Positions 46,401 to 55,297 of a DNA stretch of 64,000 nt are shown piece after piece. The position numbers were made by a program, and so were the translations under genes. The first letter of the stretch is position 1. Every line of letters starts with the position of its first letter. Where the stretch lies: positions 30,080 through 94,079 of IMG/VR virus record IMGVR_UViG_3300044712_001034; one strand, written 5' to 3'. The DNA comes from a virus. The notes beneath the pieces are model-generated. The model had not been told where the DNA came from. It worked only from the letters and a program-made list of their open reading frames with translations, and searched no databases.

Positions 46401-48780
46401 TAATCCTGCTGGAACACTTGCCGCTATGGAATTTGGTGGCAAGTTTGCACAAAACGCTGCCGCAGGTGGTTTAGCCATTCTTGGTTCGGCCGCTCCAAAC
46501 TTCCTTGCTGGAAGAAATAGTCAGGGCATTGGTAACATTGTCGGCGGGATTATGGGTGGTTTACTTGGTTCCGCTGGTGGTCCAATGGGTACTGCAATTG
46601 GAGCATCTATCGGCTCAGCTATCCTAGAGGGTATGGTAAACTCTGCTGAAGATTATAAGATTAGATTATCAGATGCTTTAGCTCCTAGCCCAATTCCAGA
46701 ACCTCCAAAACCAGGTAAAGATAACGCTCCTGATGTAACAAAAGATGAAAAATTAAAAGCTCTTCTAGAAGATTTAGTAGGGTCTAAAACTGGACTAAAA
46801 GGTTTAGACGAATTCTTCAACTCACAGAATAAAAACTTTGAAAACTTTATCGGCAAACTAAAATACGGTAGTGGTTTTGCTCCTTCGGGCTTTTCTGATA
46901 CACAGGCTCTATTAGAGCAAGTCAAGCGTATAGAAGAGGCTGGTGGAAGATTTCAAGGCCAGAGGTTTGTACCTCTAACAGAAGAAGAAAAGAAAAAGCT
47001 AGAAGAACTTAGAAAGATGTTAGCTGCGGAAACAAAGCTAATAGAAGATAGAAATAAGAAATATACTAAGACAACTCCTATTGAAGATCAGCAAATTAGC
47101 GATGCTATTGATGCTAGATCAAAAGAATTAGAATCTAAATTTGGTAAAGGTCTAATAGGGGCTGCTGCTTATAATAGAGGTAAAGAAGCTTTAGGTGGAT
47201 TTAGTGCTACTGCTCCACAATTTATGAATGTTTTAAGTGGCGTAGAAGGTTTTGATAAACAAACTTTCTTAAAGCAGTATAGCAATATTACTGCACAAGG
47301 TAACACAGCAGATTTAGAAAACCTAAATCAAATGAAGCAGATTATTATTGATGCTAATACTGCTATGGATTCTGGATCATTATCTACAGAAGATTATGCA
47401 GAAAAGCAAAAGTTAGCTACACAAACTTCGCTTGATTTATACGAAGCTGTAACAAAACTCTATAATCAATATGCTGCACAAGCTACTTTACTTCCAACAT
47501 TAGAATTCCCAACAGCTAAGCTAACCTCTGGAACAACTGAGGAAGACTTTAAAAAGATAGCCGTAGGATTTTCAGACCAGGCACTAAAAGATCAAGTAGA
47601 TGCGAAAGCTATTACAGATGAAACTGCACAAGCAATCAAAGATAGTTATCAAGATGTTATTGTAACTATTGGAGATACTGTATACACTTTTGAAGGTACT
47701 ACTACAGATGCAATTAATAAGGCCTTCGAAAGGCTGGTCGCAGAAGGAAAAGCTTTACAAGAGTCTGCTAAAGGCATAGATTTTCAAACTTTTGATATGT
47801 CGCAAGAACAACTACTATCTGTTGCTAATGGTCCACAATATGATGCCCTTCTAAAGAAGTTACAATCATTTGGATACCAACCTCAACTAGAAGATAACAT
47901 TGCTATCACTACAAAAGATCAAAAGATAACGCCCCTTTACCAAAAGGATTTTAAAGTACTACAGTATCTATTACAACAGATTCTAAAGACTGAAGAAAAG
48001 CAGTTAGATGGTATGTTCAACTTACCTGAAGGATCTTCGTTTTGGGTTCCTGCTCAAGCAGCACAAATGTCTAGAGACACAGCTAATGCACAAGGAGCTT
48101 TAGATGCTACACAGTTTAATGGTGGAGTTAGTAACTTCGACCAAGCTGTTGTAAAGTTTGGTAATTGGGTAGAGCAAATGAAAGGATTTAGACAAGGCGA
48201 ACAACAAAGCTTTTGGCCTACTAAATTTGAGGATCAAATGAAGTTATTTAGACAAGGAGAGCAACAGTCTAACATTAATTTACCAAAGACTCTCGCTCAA
48301 ATAGGTAAATTAAATCTACCTATTTACGGTCCTTTTGAAAATAAACTAAATAAAGAACCAGTACCGTTTGGTGGGCAAATTCCTCAACAGTATTTAGCTG
48401 CTTATAACGCACAATACGCTGCAAAGCCTACTACTCAGTCACAGCAACCTACAGGACTAGAGGCACTAACTCAAAGCATCCTAACGTTTTTTAAGAGTTT
48501 AGGATTGTCTTCTATGACTCCAAAACCAACAGGTTTAGGTGTTACAGATGTTCCAACATTACCTAGCGCCCAACCTTCACAAACAAATCTACAAGATATT
48601 GGAGCAATAATAGCTAATGGTGTTTCTAATCTAACTACTAGACTAAATCTAACCATAGATAGCAGAACAGTAGTACAAGTAGATGGTAGACAATTAGCCG
48701 CTGTTGTAAAACAATATCTAAAGAGCGATCTATTAAACTTTGCTGGTGGAACTGGAAATAGATCAGTTTCAGTAATCTAG
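43456..48780 (+). CDS. tail tape measure protein
   Basis: 1774 aa, Ala/Gly-rich helical, TP901-like core, C-terminal VDGRQLA. Confidence 0.92.
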   Translation: MNNNEQLIEQIKIIIEGLTKEQAKLNQSSDAYKDISNAVLAFSNSLTILNGQIALSDKQLSNFASKMQAVLSGQKTRFTALGVEARTSKLAPIIKGSALEYASRLTAKDLQLQTATVKSSPTQDDKLAEKAEKSAARLDIATNRMQTALNKFNTVQKRYLEALDKLKGLEGRAGVLGTPEQKSPDVIKGITFDIDSVKDNPTKLTVLTSEIRKETASLNDATLEAERAIRDFEKRISNADKSRPKIDSAEKANADTISKISALKKEMEDLGDARSAQWMEQNMGNRPVRTPGMGDSDWLRLIQEDTKRLEAFYQAQLKIVEEYKAKIKAAASQASQGATGTFSGTGTTVKEGDVPQGKTTVDKKAEKLKKATESLNEAIDKNLEVQKKYQKVIQMLYDLDMKYGPRSEGKPSPYPAPTPIETPEMLKAGVNFSDAESIKQRAEQVKKGGAAYKTATNDAIRNIREFQQKLQELDKLKAMQNIGSYIPGGAGAARILDEKAAKLDPNFTRDKIKSVSTEPSSNITKVRYEYQAAEGVIKSTTFTVDKFGRVLVDTQRRFRGFFENVGRDILEALKWSIAIAAVYGPLNALNQLVDIAIKNQSALADVAIALGNATQSTGEIFQATADIAAQTGEELSGVVEAYNLAYKATGSMEDATTRFAVANKLLTDAIVLSKLSTLDQAESIDVLTAALRQTNTPLDQGTTLLDKWVAVTKVAGVDLTTLALGFSVLGEAADAVGLSMEELNAVIAIIAEGSAQSGKEIANRARALVAGFQSDGARQEMAKLGISFIDGEGKARSFLDIMKEISALSKTGVINPDQLSKLTLAIGGGSRGSATAISFIENLGKIDKLVAAQNNSQGAAAQALGKKLNTVETATTRLGNAFQELAQALGDKGGILDAFKVGVDLVTLLTKSIADLADVAGRAGPALIGTLGAATLFSRRPDLLNGGAGYQVGQMGGINASVNAFGQRTGASLYNTFNKNKANPAGTLAAMEFGGKFAQNAAAGGLAILGSAAPNFLAGRNSQGIGNIVGGIMGGLLGSAGGPMGTAIGASIGSAILEGMVNSAEDYKIRLSDALAPSPIPEPPKPGKDNAPDVTKDEKLKALLEDLVGSKTGLKGLDEFFNSQNKNFENFIGKLKYGSGFAPSGFSDTQALLEQVKRIEEAGGRFQGQRFVPLTEEEKKKLEELRKMLAAETKLIEDRNKKYTKTTPIEDQQISDAIDARSKELESKFGKGLIGAAAYNRGKEALGGFSATAPQFMNVLSGVEGFDKQTFLKQYSNITAQGNTADLENLNQMKQIIIDANTAMDSGSLSTEDYAEKQKLATQTSLDLYEAVTKLYNQYAAQATLLPTLEFPTAKLTSGTTEEDFKKIAVGFSDQALKDQVDAKAITDETAQAIKDSYQDVIVTIGDTVYTFEGTTTDAINKAFERLVAEGKALQESAKGIDFQTFDMSQEQLLSVANGPQYDALLKKLQSFGYQPQLEDNIAITTKDQKITPLYQKDFKVLQYLLQQILKTEEKQLDGMFNLPEGSSFWVPAQAAQMSRDTANAQGALDATQFNGGVSNFDQAVVKFGNWVEQMKGFRQGEQQSFWPTKFEDQMKLFRQGEQQSNINLPKTLAQIGKLNLPIYGPFENKLNKEPVPFGGQIPQQYLAAYNAQYAAKPTTQSQQPTGLEALTQSILTFFKSLGLSSMTPKPTGLGVTDVPTLPSAQPSQTNLQDIGAIIANGVSNLTTRLNLTIDSRTVVQVDGRQLAAVVKQYLKSDLLNFAGGTGNRSVSVI

Positions 48781-48792
48781 GAGAAAACAAAC

Positions 48793-49167
48793 ATGGCATG
48801 GACGTTTAATGGCACAAGAATATATGTGCAATCTTTAGAAGCTTCCACCAAACAAATAATTGCAAGACTTAATCCTTTATATTCTGGCCCCCTAGCTGGA
48901 ACGGCTATTCAAATTTTTGGTTGGGACGAGGAAATTATTAAAGTTCAAGCTAAAGTTGTTGGTTGGACAAATCTAAATGCTATATTAGGATTAATAGACA
49001 ATAAAACTAAGTACACGCTAGTGGGGCCAAGCTATTCAAAAGCTTGTTACCCCTCTAGTATGTCTTATAAAATGGACGAAACTTATTACCAGACTTTAGA
49101 TACAAGCCAAGACTGTGAAACTCCCGTATTCACTTTATCAATGGAGCTTTATTATGATAGTGTATAA
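48793..49167 (+). CDS. distal tail/tube-initiator-like protein
   Basis: 124 aa after tape measure. Confidence 0.5.
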   Translation: MAWTFNGTRIYVQSLEASTKQIIARLNPLYSGPLAGTAIQIFGWDEEIIKVQAKVVGWTNLNAILGLIDNKTKYTLVGPSYSKACYPSSMSYKMDETYYQTLDTSQDCETPVFTLSMELYYDSV

Positions 49168-50209
49168 CGGCTACTGTGTGGTTACGGGAGTTCCAAACGT
49201 CGTCTCAGTAAGCATATCTGCTAATCACGGATCTGCTTGTGCTACAGCTACTATTACTGGAACTTCTACTACTCTTATTTTGGGTGATTTAATCACGATA
49301 GATTTAGGATATGAGAATGACCACGGAATAGCTTTTACAGGTTATGTAAAACAAATAGAAAGATCAGTAGGTGCTGGTACTTATACTATTACTGCTTACG
49401 ATTATATGATTAGGGCACAAGATTATTTTATTGCTTCTGCAAATCCTAAGACACCAATGACCTACAAAAATATTTCTGCTGAGGAATTGGTTAGGCAAGT
49501 TATGGCTACCGCCGGATTAAATTCTTTTGAGTACACAGCCTCTCACTTTACTTTCGGTATAAATAATTCCTTTGAAGTTAATCTAGTATCTGCTTATGAT
49601 TACAGTAGAATGATCGGAGATTTAATTACTTGGTCAATTTGGGCAGATCCAGATGACGGAACAATAAATTTTAAAAATAGAAAGCCTTATGTTATGGATG
49701 GAAACTCAGGACAAGTCGGAGATGTAGCAGATGTAGTATCTTATATACTAGATTATGAACAAATCTTAGATTGGTCAGTAGAGATTAATGAAAGGGATCT
49801 AAGAAATAGAGTTGTTGTTTATGGTAGAGATGGTGTTTACGCCGCTAGAAGAGCGTCTGGATTTGCTTTTGGTATGGCTTACTACAAAACCTCGGTTTTA
49901 TCATCTCCTGGATTAGTTGATGATGCTCAGATGGCAGATGATATTGCTGTTTATAATCTTAGATTATTAAACAGATTATATTATAATATCAGCATGACTA
50001 TAGTTGGAGCACATTATATACAATGTAGAAGAGTTATGGAGTTTCCAACAGCAGACGCACCAGCCGATATATCTAATTTTATAGGTAATTGGTACGTTTA
50101 TGGCGTGGATCATAATTTTGACGTTGTGGGAGGATACACTACGAATCTAAATTTAAGAGCTACTGCGGTAGAAATGCCTAACGGTGATAATGGTTATGAT
50201 GAAACATAG
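49154..50209 (+). CDS. baseplate hub-like protein
   Basis: IDLGY..FTGYV, NRVVVYG, WYVYGVDH..GYTT hub pattern. Confidence 0.7.
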   Translation: MIVYNGYCVVTGVPNVVSVSISANHGSACATATITGTSTTLILGDLITIDLGYENDHGIAFTGYVKQIERSVGAGTYTITAYDYMIRAQDYFIASANPKTPMTYKNISAEELVRQVMATAGLNSFEYTASHFTFGINNSFEVNLVSAYDYSRMIGDLITWSIWADPDDGTINFKNRKPYVMDGNSGQVGDVADVVSYILDYEQILDWSVEINERDLRNRVVVYGRDGVYAARRASGFAFGMAYYKTSVLSSPGLVDDAQMADDIAVYNLRLLNRLYYNISMTIVGAHYIQCRRVMEFPTADAPADISNFIGNWYVYGVDHNFDVVGGYTTNLNLRATAVEMPNGDNGYDET

Positions 50210-50219
50210 GAGATAAGAA

Positions 50220-53200
50220 GTGGGTCTAAATGTTAGTACTTATGTAAAACTTTATAAAAAGAAAGTCATTTCAGATTTATATTGGGACGATCTTGATGGT
50301 ATTGTATCAATGGATTGGAGTAAATCTTTATGCACCAGCACAGGAGTAATGAGATTCACTTTAGGGGGTAATTATTTAGGAGCAGGATATTCGTATCTAT
50401 ATAATTTAATTAAATTAGAAGGTGCGGGAATATTTTATGTTCACTCCTACGTAACAGAGCCTACTAAAAATACTATTACATTTTATTGTCAAGACGCTTC
50501 AATTTTCTTACAGAATTATTTTATCTCCGAAAGTTATATTACAGAGGCTCCCACATATTCAGGTTATTGGATTAAAAAGTTTTTAACCGAAGCTGGTGTT
50601 GCTTATGTTATGGAAACTAATGATAATGGTTCATTAGTTTCCAACAACACCTCTTTAGGTATGTGTTCTGCTATGGATGCTATTATGCCTCTTTTACAGC
50701 AGAACGGTTGGTATATGTACTTTGACGAGACTAACGTAGCCCATGTGGGAGTATTAAAAAATCCCTCTATTGCTCCTAGCTCAGAGTGGGGCGGTAACAC
50801 CATAGTAGAGCTTAATTATCTTACTCATGATCGAATGTTTAGAAACAGAGCAGTAGTATGGGGAACAGGAGATACAAAAACCGGCGGTTACGTTTTTGCT
50901 AATGTAGACAGAACTGGAAACTATCCTAATGAAACTTGGAAACAAGACCAAAGAACAGTAGTAATATCTAACTCTAATATTAAGTCTGCTTCTGAAGCGA
51001 GTAAAATTGCAAACAGAGCTTTGGATGAGTTTGAGAAATTAAACTATGAAGCCACCGTAGAAACAGTAGATGGCATTACAGATAACTTGGGTCAGATGGT
51101 TTTAGTAAGTATACCAGAAAAAGGTATATCTATTAAACAAATGGTTACTACTGTTGGTCAGTCTATGTCCAACACTGGATATGTGGGACAAATGGTTCTA
51201 GGAGAGAGGTGTCCAAGACTGTTCGCATATTATAACTTTAATGGTTATGTATATGTAGGAACTGCTGGTTCTGGTATTTGGAGAAAGCCTTTACAGTACT
51301 GGCACACTTGGGAAAACTTTTCTACAGGGCTTACCGATCTAAATATTGTTGACCTAGCTATACAAGATGATACCTTTGCTGCTGTTAGTCAAGATGGTAC
51401 TTTATTTACTCGCTTTCCTGGCGATTCTGCGTGGCAACCTTTTTACCCTTATTTATCTGATGACTACGCTGTCCCAGGTGCGGGTGACTTATATCCAGTA
51501 ACATCGGGTAGAGCCGTAGCTTGTGATACCGATAAAATAAACGGTCATGTTATTGCTGCTTACACTTTAGCTGGAACTTCTCCTGCAAGAAGCTGGATAT
51601 ATGATATTGCAAGAAGCGGTGTTTACACTAAAACACAATTTGTAGATACAGATGGATCAGCAGATTACACAGTAGTAGACGTTGGATCTACTGGGTCTAC
51701 TCTAGTAGTTTCAGCAGTAGAAAATGTTTCTGGTATGGTAGTTTTGTGGAATGGACATTCTTTAGATACCTCTCCTAACTATTACACTTATAATAACACT
51801 TTGTCTGGATTGGCTACTGGATTTTCAGGGCTTTGGCAGTACGATGATCCTGGGATTACAAATGACGGCTACCCTGCATTTTATCGTAGAGCAGTTTATG
51901 GGGATGGTAAATACATTTATCCAGGGATAGAAAGCGACACATCAAACTCTTCTGTTATTGGTATTTATACAGGATCAGGAGAAAAAATTACTGGTGGGTT
52001 AGCTAAGAACTCAGAAATACAAAGCATGGTCCCAGTAGGAAATAAAACAATTGCTACTGTTTATTGGGATGATGCTGCAAATAAAAATATATTCTATTCT
52101 TACAATGCGGATCTAAATAAAGAAACTACAGTAGAACTTGGTACACAAGAATCCTTTATTGGAGCTATAGCAGTTTCTATTAGTGGTCTTCCAGATTTCT
52201 ACGCTCTGGCTATGTCAGAGCTTGGAGAGCATTTATCAATGTATAAGTGGAGCGTAGAGACTGATAATGTTCATAGCATAGATTCAGCTTATCCTCCATC
52301 GACAATTCTAAACGGAACCTTTGATTCACTATCTTGGAATCCAGCAGCAGCTTTAGCATTTACAGAAGGATATATTGTTGGTTATGTAGATGTGTGGTAC
52401 ATGAACGCTTATATCGGTGGAGAATATGTTGGGATGATTTCTATTCCCGGAATTGTATTCTACAACACCGACACAGGATCACTAGTGATTAGAGTTATAG
52501 AATCCTGCATTGACGCTTCTAATACGCACGCATCTCTAATAGCTTTGGGGGCATCAGGAGGTAATGCTTATGTTACAGTTTATGGAGCTAACTATGAGCA
52601 GAGGGTATATAAAGTAAGTCCTGGTGGTTCATTTAGCTTAACGTACTGGGGCGGCGATATGGATATTGGCTTTATAGCTAATAACGACTCCATCTTTACT
52701 GTAGAGGATGCTAACGGGATACTTAATATTGTAAACTGCGAAACTGGGGGAGTATCAAAGAGATTATTTAGAGATTACCAAGATGTGCTATTTGCTAGAC
52801 AAATAAGCGCAGAAGGTAACGCTCTAATGTATGACAAGACGGATGGAAATGTTTATTCGTTCGCTGTTACTTCTGGTGTTTCTGTATCTGGTACTACAGC
52901 TTCGGGATTAGGGGAGTTTACACTTGACACTAACCTTCACCCATATGAAGATTTAGGATACCAGTTCTCTAACGATGATAGTATTTGTGCTTTAGTCTTT
53001 GATGCTCTGTACTTGAACTTAGTTTCTTACAAAGACTACCCAGTTATAGGCAGAAAGCAAAAATCTAAAGAAGCCATCTATATTCCAGCTAGCGGTAGAG
53101 ATATGCCAGTTGATTACACAAGATATGTGCATGATGAAGCTGCTGTCTTTCAAATGGCTATGAGTGGTGTGTTTATTCAAGCGTTTGATACGATACACCC

Positions 53201-53792
53201 ATATAATATAGAAGTATCTTTACGATCCCCAGTAACCGTTTATAACACTATTACTTATAGTGGTATTGTATTCTCTGGTACACAAACAGGTGTAAATCAA
53301 GGAGAGCTTTATGTTTCTCCTGCGGGATCGCCTAGAACATATTCGGAGATTTTATTGAACTCCTTACACAGTAGTATTACTGATGTAAGAACCTACAAAA
53401 CTTTATATAGTGGTGAGGATGGGGAGTATTATGGTAGGTTTGTTTTACTGCCTCAGATAAGCACACAATTTGTAGGACCAGACACTTATACAGAGCTTGT
53501 TCAAGTAGATGTTACTGAACTTACTGGGGGAACTGGAATAGTGTTTGCTAGCGGAACATTAGTAGGCGGGGGAACTTCAGTTATTGCTACTTTCCCCGGA
53601 TATGCTAATCATATAGAAACAACTAACAATTTGGACTATCCTTATATGTTTGTAAATGTTATTACAGATTCAGGAAGGTTCTATCAGAAAGATGGTTACA
53701 GTTCTGGTGAATCTGAAACCATATTCGAAGATAGAACAAATAATTTACCTAACGCGCCCATTACCATCATCCGTTGTGATGATGCCTTATAA
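50220..53792 (+). CDS. second hub-like tail protein with beta-propeller-like extension
   Basis: NRAVVWG hub motif; YVGTAGSGIWR..WENFSTGL propeller-like repeats. Confidence 0.65.
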   Translation: MGLNVSTYVKLYKKKVISDLYWDDLDGIVSMDWSKSLCTSTGVMRFTLGGNYLGAGYSYLYNLIKLEGAGIFYVHSYVTEPTKNTITFYCQDASIFLQNYFISESYITEAPTYSGYWIKKFLTEAGVAYVMETNDNGSLVSNNTSLGMCSAMDAIMPLLQQNGWYMYFDETNVAHVGVLKNPSIAPSSEWGGNTIVELNYLTHDRMFRNRAVVWGTGDTKTGGYVFANVDRTGNYPNETWKQDQRTVVISNSNIKSASEASKIANRALDEFEKLNYEATVETVDGITDNLGQMVLVSIPEKGISIKQMVTTVGQSMSNTGYVGQMVLGERCPRLFAYYNFNGYVYVGTAGSGIWRKPLQYWHTWENFSTGLTDLNIVDLAIQDDTFAAVSQDGTLFTRFPGDSAWQPFYPYLSDDYAVPGAGDLYPVTSGRAVACDTDKINGHVIAAYTLAGTSPARSWIYDIARSGVYTKTQFVDTDGSADYTVVDVGSTGSTLVVSAVENVSGMVVLWNGHSLDTSPNYYTYNNTLSGLATGFSGLWQYDDPGITNDGYPAFYRRAVYGDGKYIYPGIESDTSNSSVIGIYTGSGEKITGGLAKNSEIQSMVPVGNKTIATVYWDDAANKNIFYSYNADLNKETTVELGTQESFIGAIAVSISGLPDFYALAMSELGEHLSMYKWSVETDNVHSIDSAYPPSTILNGTFDSLSWNPAAALAFTEGYIVGYVDVWYMNAYIGGEYVGMISIPGIVFYNTDTGSLVIRVIESCIDASNTHASLIALGASGGNAYVTVYGANYEQRVYKVSPGGSFSLTYWGGDMDIGFIANNDSIFTVEDANGILNIVNCETGGVSKRLFRDYQDVLFARQISAEGNALMYDKTDGNVYSFAVTSGVSVSGTTASGLGEFTLDTNLHPYEDLGYQFSNDDSICALVFDALYLNLVSYKDYPVIGRKQKSKEAIYIPASGRDMPVDYTRYVHDEAAVFQMAMSGVFIQAFDTIHPYNIEVSLRSPVTVYNTITYSGIVFSGTQTGVNQGELYVSPAGSPRTYSEILLNSLHSSITDVRTYKTLYSGEDGEYYGRFVLLPQISTQFVGPDTYTELVQVDVTELTGGTGIVFASGTLVGGGTSVIATFPGYANHIETTNNLDYPYMFVNVITDSGRFYQKDGYSSGESETIFEDRTNNLPNAPITIIRCDDAL

Positions 53793-53803
53793 GGAGAAAT
53801 TCA

Positions 53804-54937
53804 ATGGCTTATTACGATTACGAGAGAACTTGGCTAGCTTACTTTGAAAACTTTAAATCACAGATGTTGGCTAGACCTTTATACTTGGGTGGTGTATCTG
53901 GTTCGGGAGGTGGTGGAGGTGGCCCAATAGGGGGTTTTATTGGGCAACTTCCCCAAACAAAAGTATCTTATGATACCGATGAGTTTGCACTAATAACCAC
54001 ACCAGAATCTTCTAGCATCCTAGATAACCTAAATCATATTCGTTATAGACTAAGCGGATTAGAAAATGCTACAGCAGATACAGCATCTAATACAGTAGGA
54101 AAGATTGTACGATGGGATGCTGGAACTTCAACAGAGGTTATCTATTCCGGAACTAATGCAGGATTGGTTACTGCTGTAGCTGATTTAGGGATAATGGATA
54201 TTCTTTATCTTCCACCACTAAAGTTTACAGCTAACATTACCTTACCAGATAGCACTACACTAATCGGTACTACAACTTATGGTGCATCTGAAGATGGTTG
54301 GGGAGGCAGTACAGAAATAAACAACAGTACCGCAGATCCAACGATTACTTTAGGTTATTGGTGTACGTTAGACAACCTTACTGTATTTGCTACAACAGAT
54401 AGTGCTGTAAGTGGTGCGGTTTGTATTGATACTGTAGGAAACGATGTATTTATTAAAAACACTAGAGCAAGTGCTTATAACTATAATGAAACTGGTGATG
54501 CAGTAGCAGTTACTAATATATATGGTGGGGGAGAAGTAATGATAGAAGGTGGGCAGTTTGTAGCTAATGCTGCTTACATTCCTAAAGCCCCCTTTGATTA
54601 TACTCCTTGGGGATACTGGACATCTAAAAATGAATATGGTGAGTATGGAATACAATCTCCTAGTGCTAAGCTAGGCATGGGAGATAACTACGTAGAAGTA
54701 AACGCTAACGGTGTTCTAAAACTATATGGTGATGCACAAACTTCTATACAGTATAAAACAAACAATGTTTCCAATCCACCCACAGATGCAGAACTGGATA
54801 CAGTTTATGGAGTACCTTCTACGCATCCTGCGGGATTTACTTCTTTACTAAATGATAATGGCGGGGGTACTGACGTGTACCTAGTAACAACAGATAGCGT
54901 TAATTGGTACTACACCACTCTAACAAAAGCAACATAG
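53804..54937 (+). CDS. tail spike/fibre protein with beta-helix-like region
   Basis: DNLNHIRYRL, ITLP..TLIG, TLDNLTV repeats. Confidence 0.55.
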   Translation: MAYYDYERTWLAYFENFKSQMLARPLYLGGVSGSGGGGGGPIGGFIGQLPQTKVSYDTDEFALITTPESSSILDNLNHIRYRLSGLENATADTASNTVGKIVRWDAGTSTEVIYSGTNAGLVTAVADLGIMDILYLPPLKFTANITLPDSTTLIGTTTYGASEDGWGGSTEINNSTADPTITLGYWCTLDNLTVFATTDSAVSGAVCIDTVGNDVFIKNTRASAYNYNETGDAVAVTNIYGGGEVMIEGGQFVANAAYIPKAPFDYTPWGYWTSKNEYGEYGIQSPSAKLGMGDNYVEVNANGVLKLYGDAQTSIQYKTNNVSNPPTDAELDTVYGVPSTHPAGFTSLLNDNGGGTDVYLVTTDSVNWYYTTLTKAT

Positions 54938-54949
54938 GAATAGATAATT

Positions 54950-55297
54950 ATGGCGTATAACTTACCAACACACATTAAAGGAGATACCTTTGACGGAGTA
55001 GAGTTTACTCTAGTTCTGAATAGCGCTCCTGTTGATTTAACTAATGCTGTTATAGATATGGACGTTAGAAAAAAGGTAAATCCAAAATCTAGCAGCTTGC
55101 TAAGAATATCTTCCACTACGGGAGGTATAGAAATAGGTACACCTGCTACTAGCGGTATCTTTAGCATAGTGCCTCAAATAGTAGATATTGCCGCTGGCGA
55201 ATATGTTTATGATATTCAGATAGCTTTTCCAGATGGAGAAGTAAAAACATACATAGCTGGTGATTGGACAATAACACAGGATATTACTCATGGATAA
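54950..55297 (+). CDS. BppU N-terminal-like baseplate protein
   Basis: KGDTF..PVDLT..YVYDIQ..TYIAG. Confidence 0.7.
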   Translation: MAYNLPTHIKGDTFDGVEFTLVLNSAPVDLTNAVIDMDVRKKVNPKSSSLLRISSTTGGIEIGTPATSGIFSIVPQIVDIAAGEYVYDIQIAFPDGEVKTYIAGDWTITQDITHG

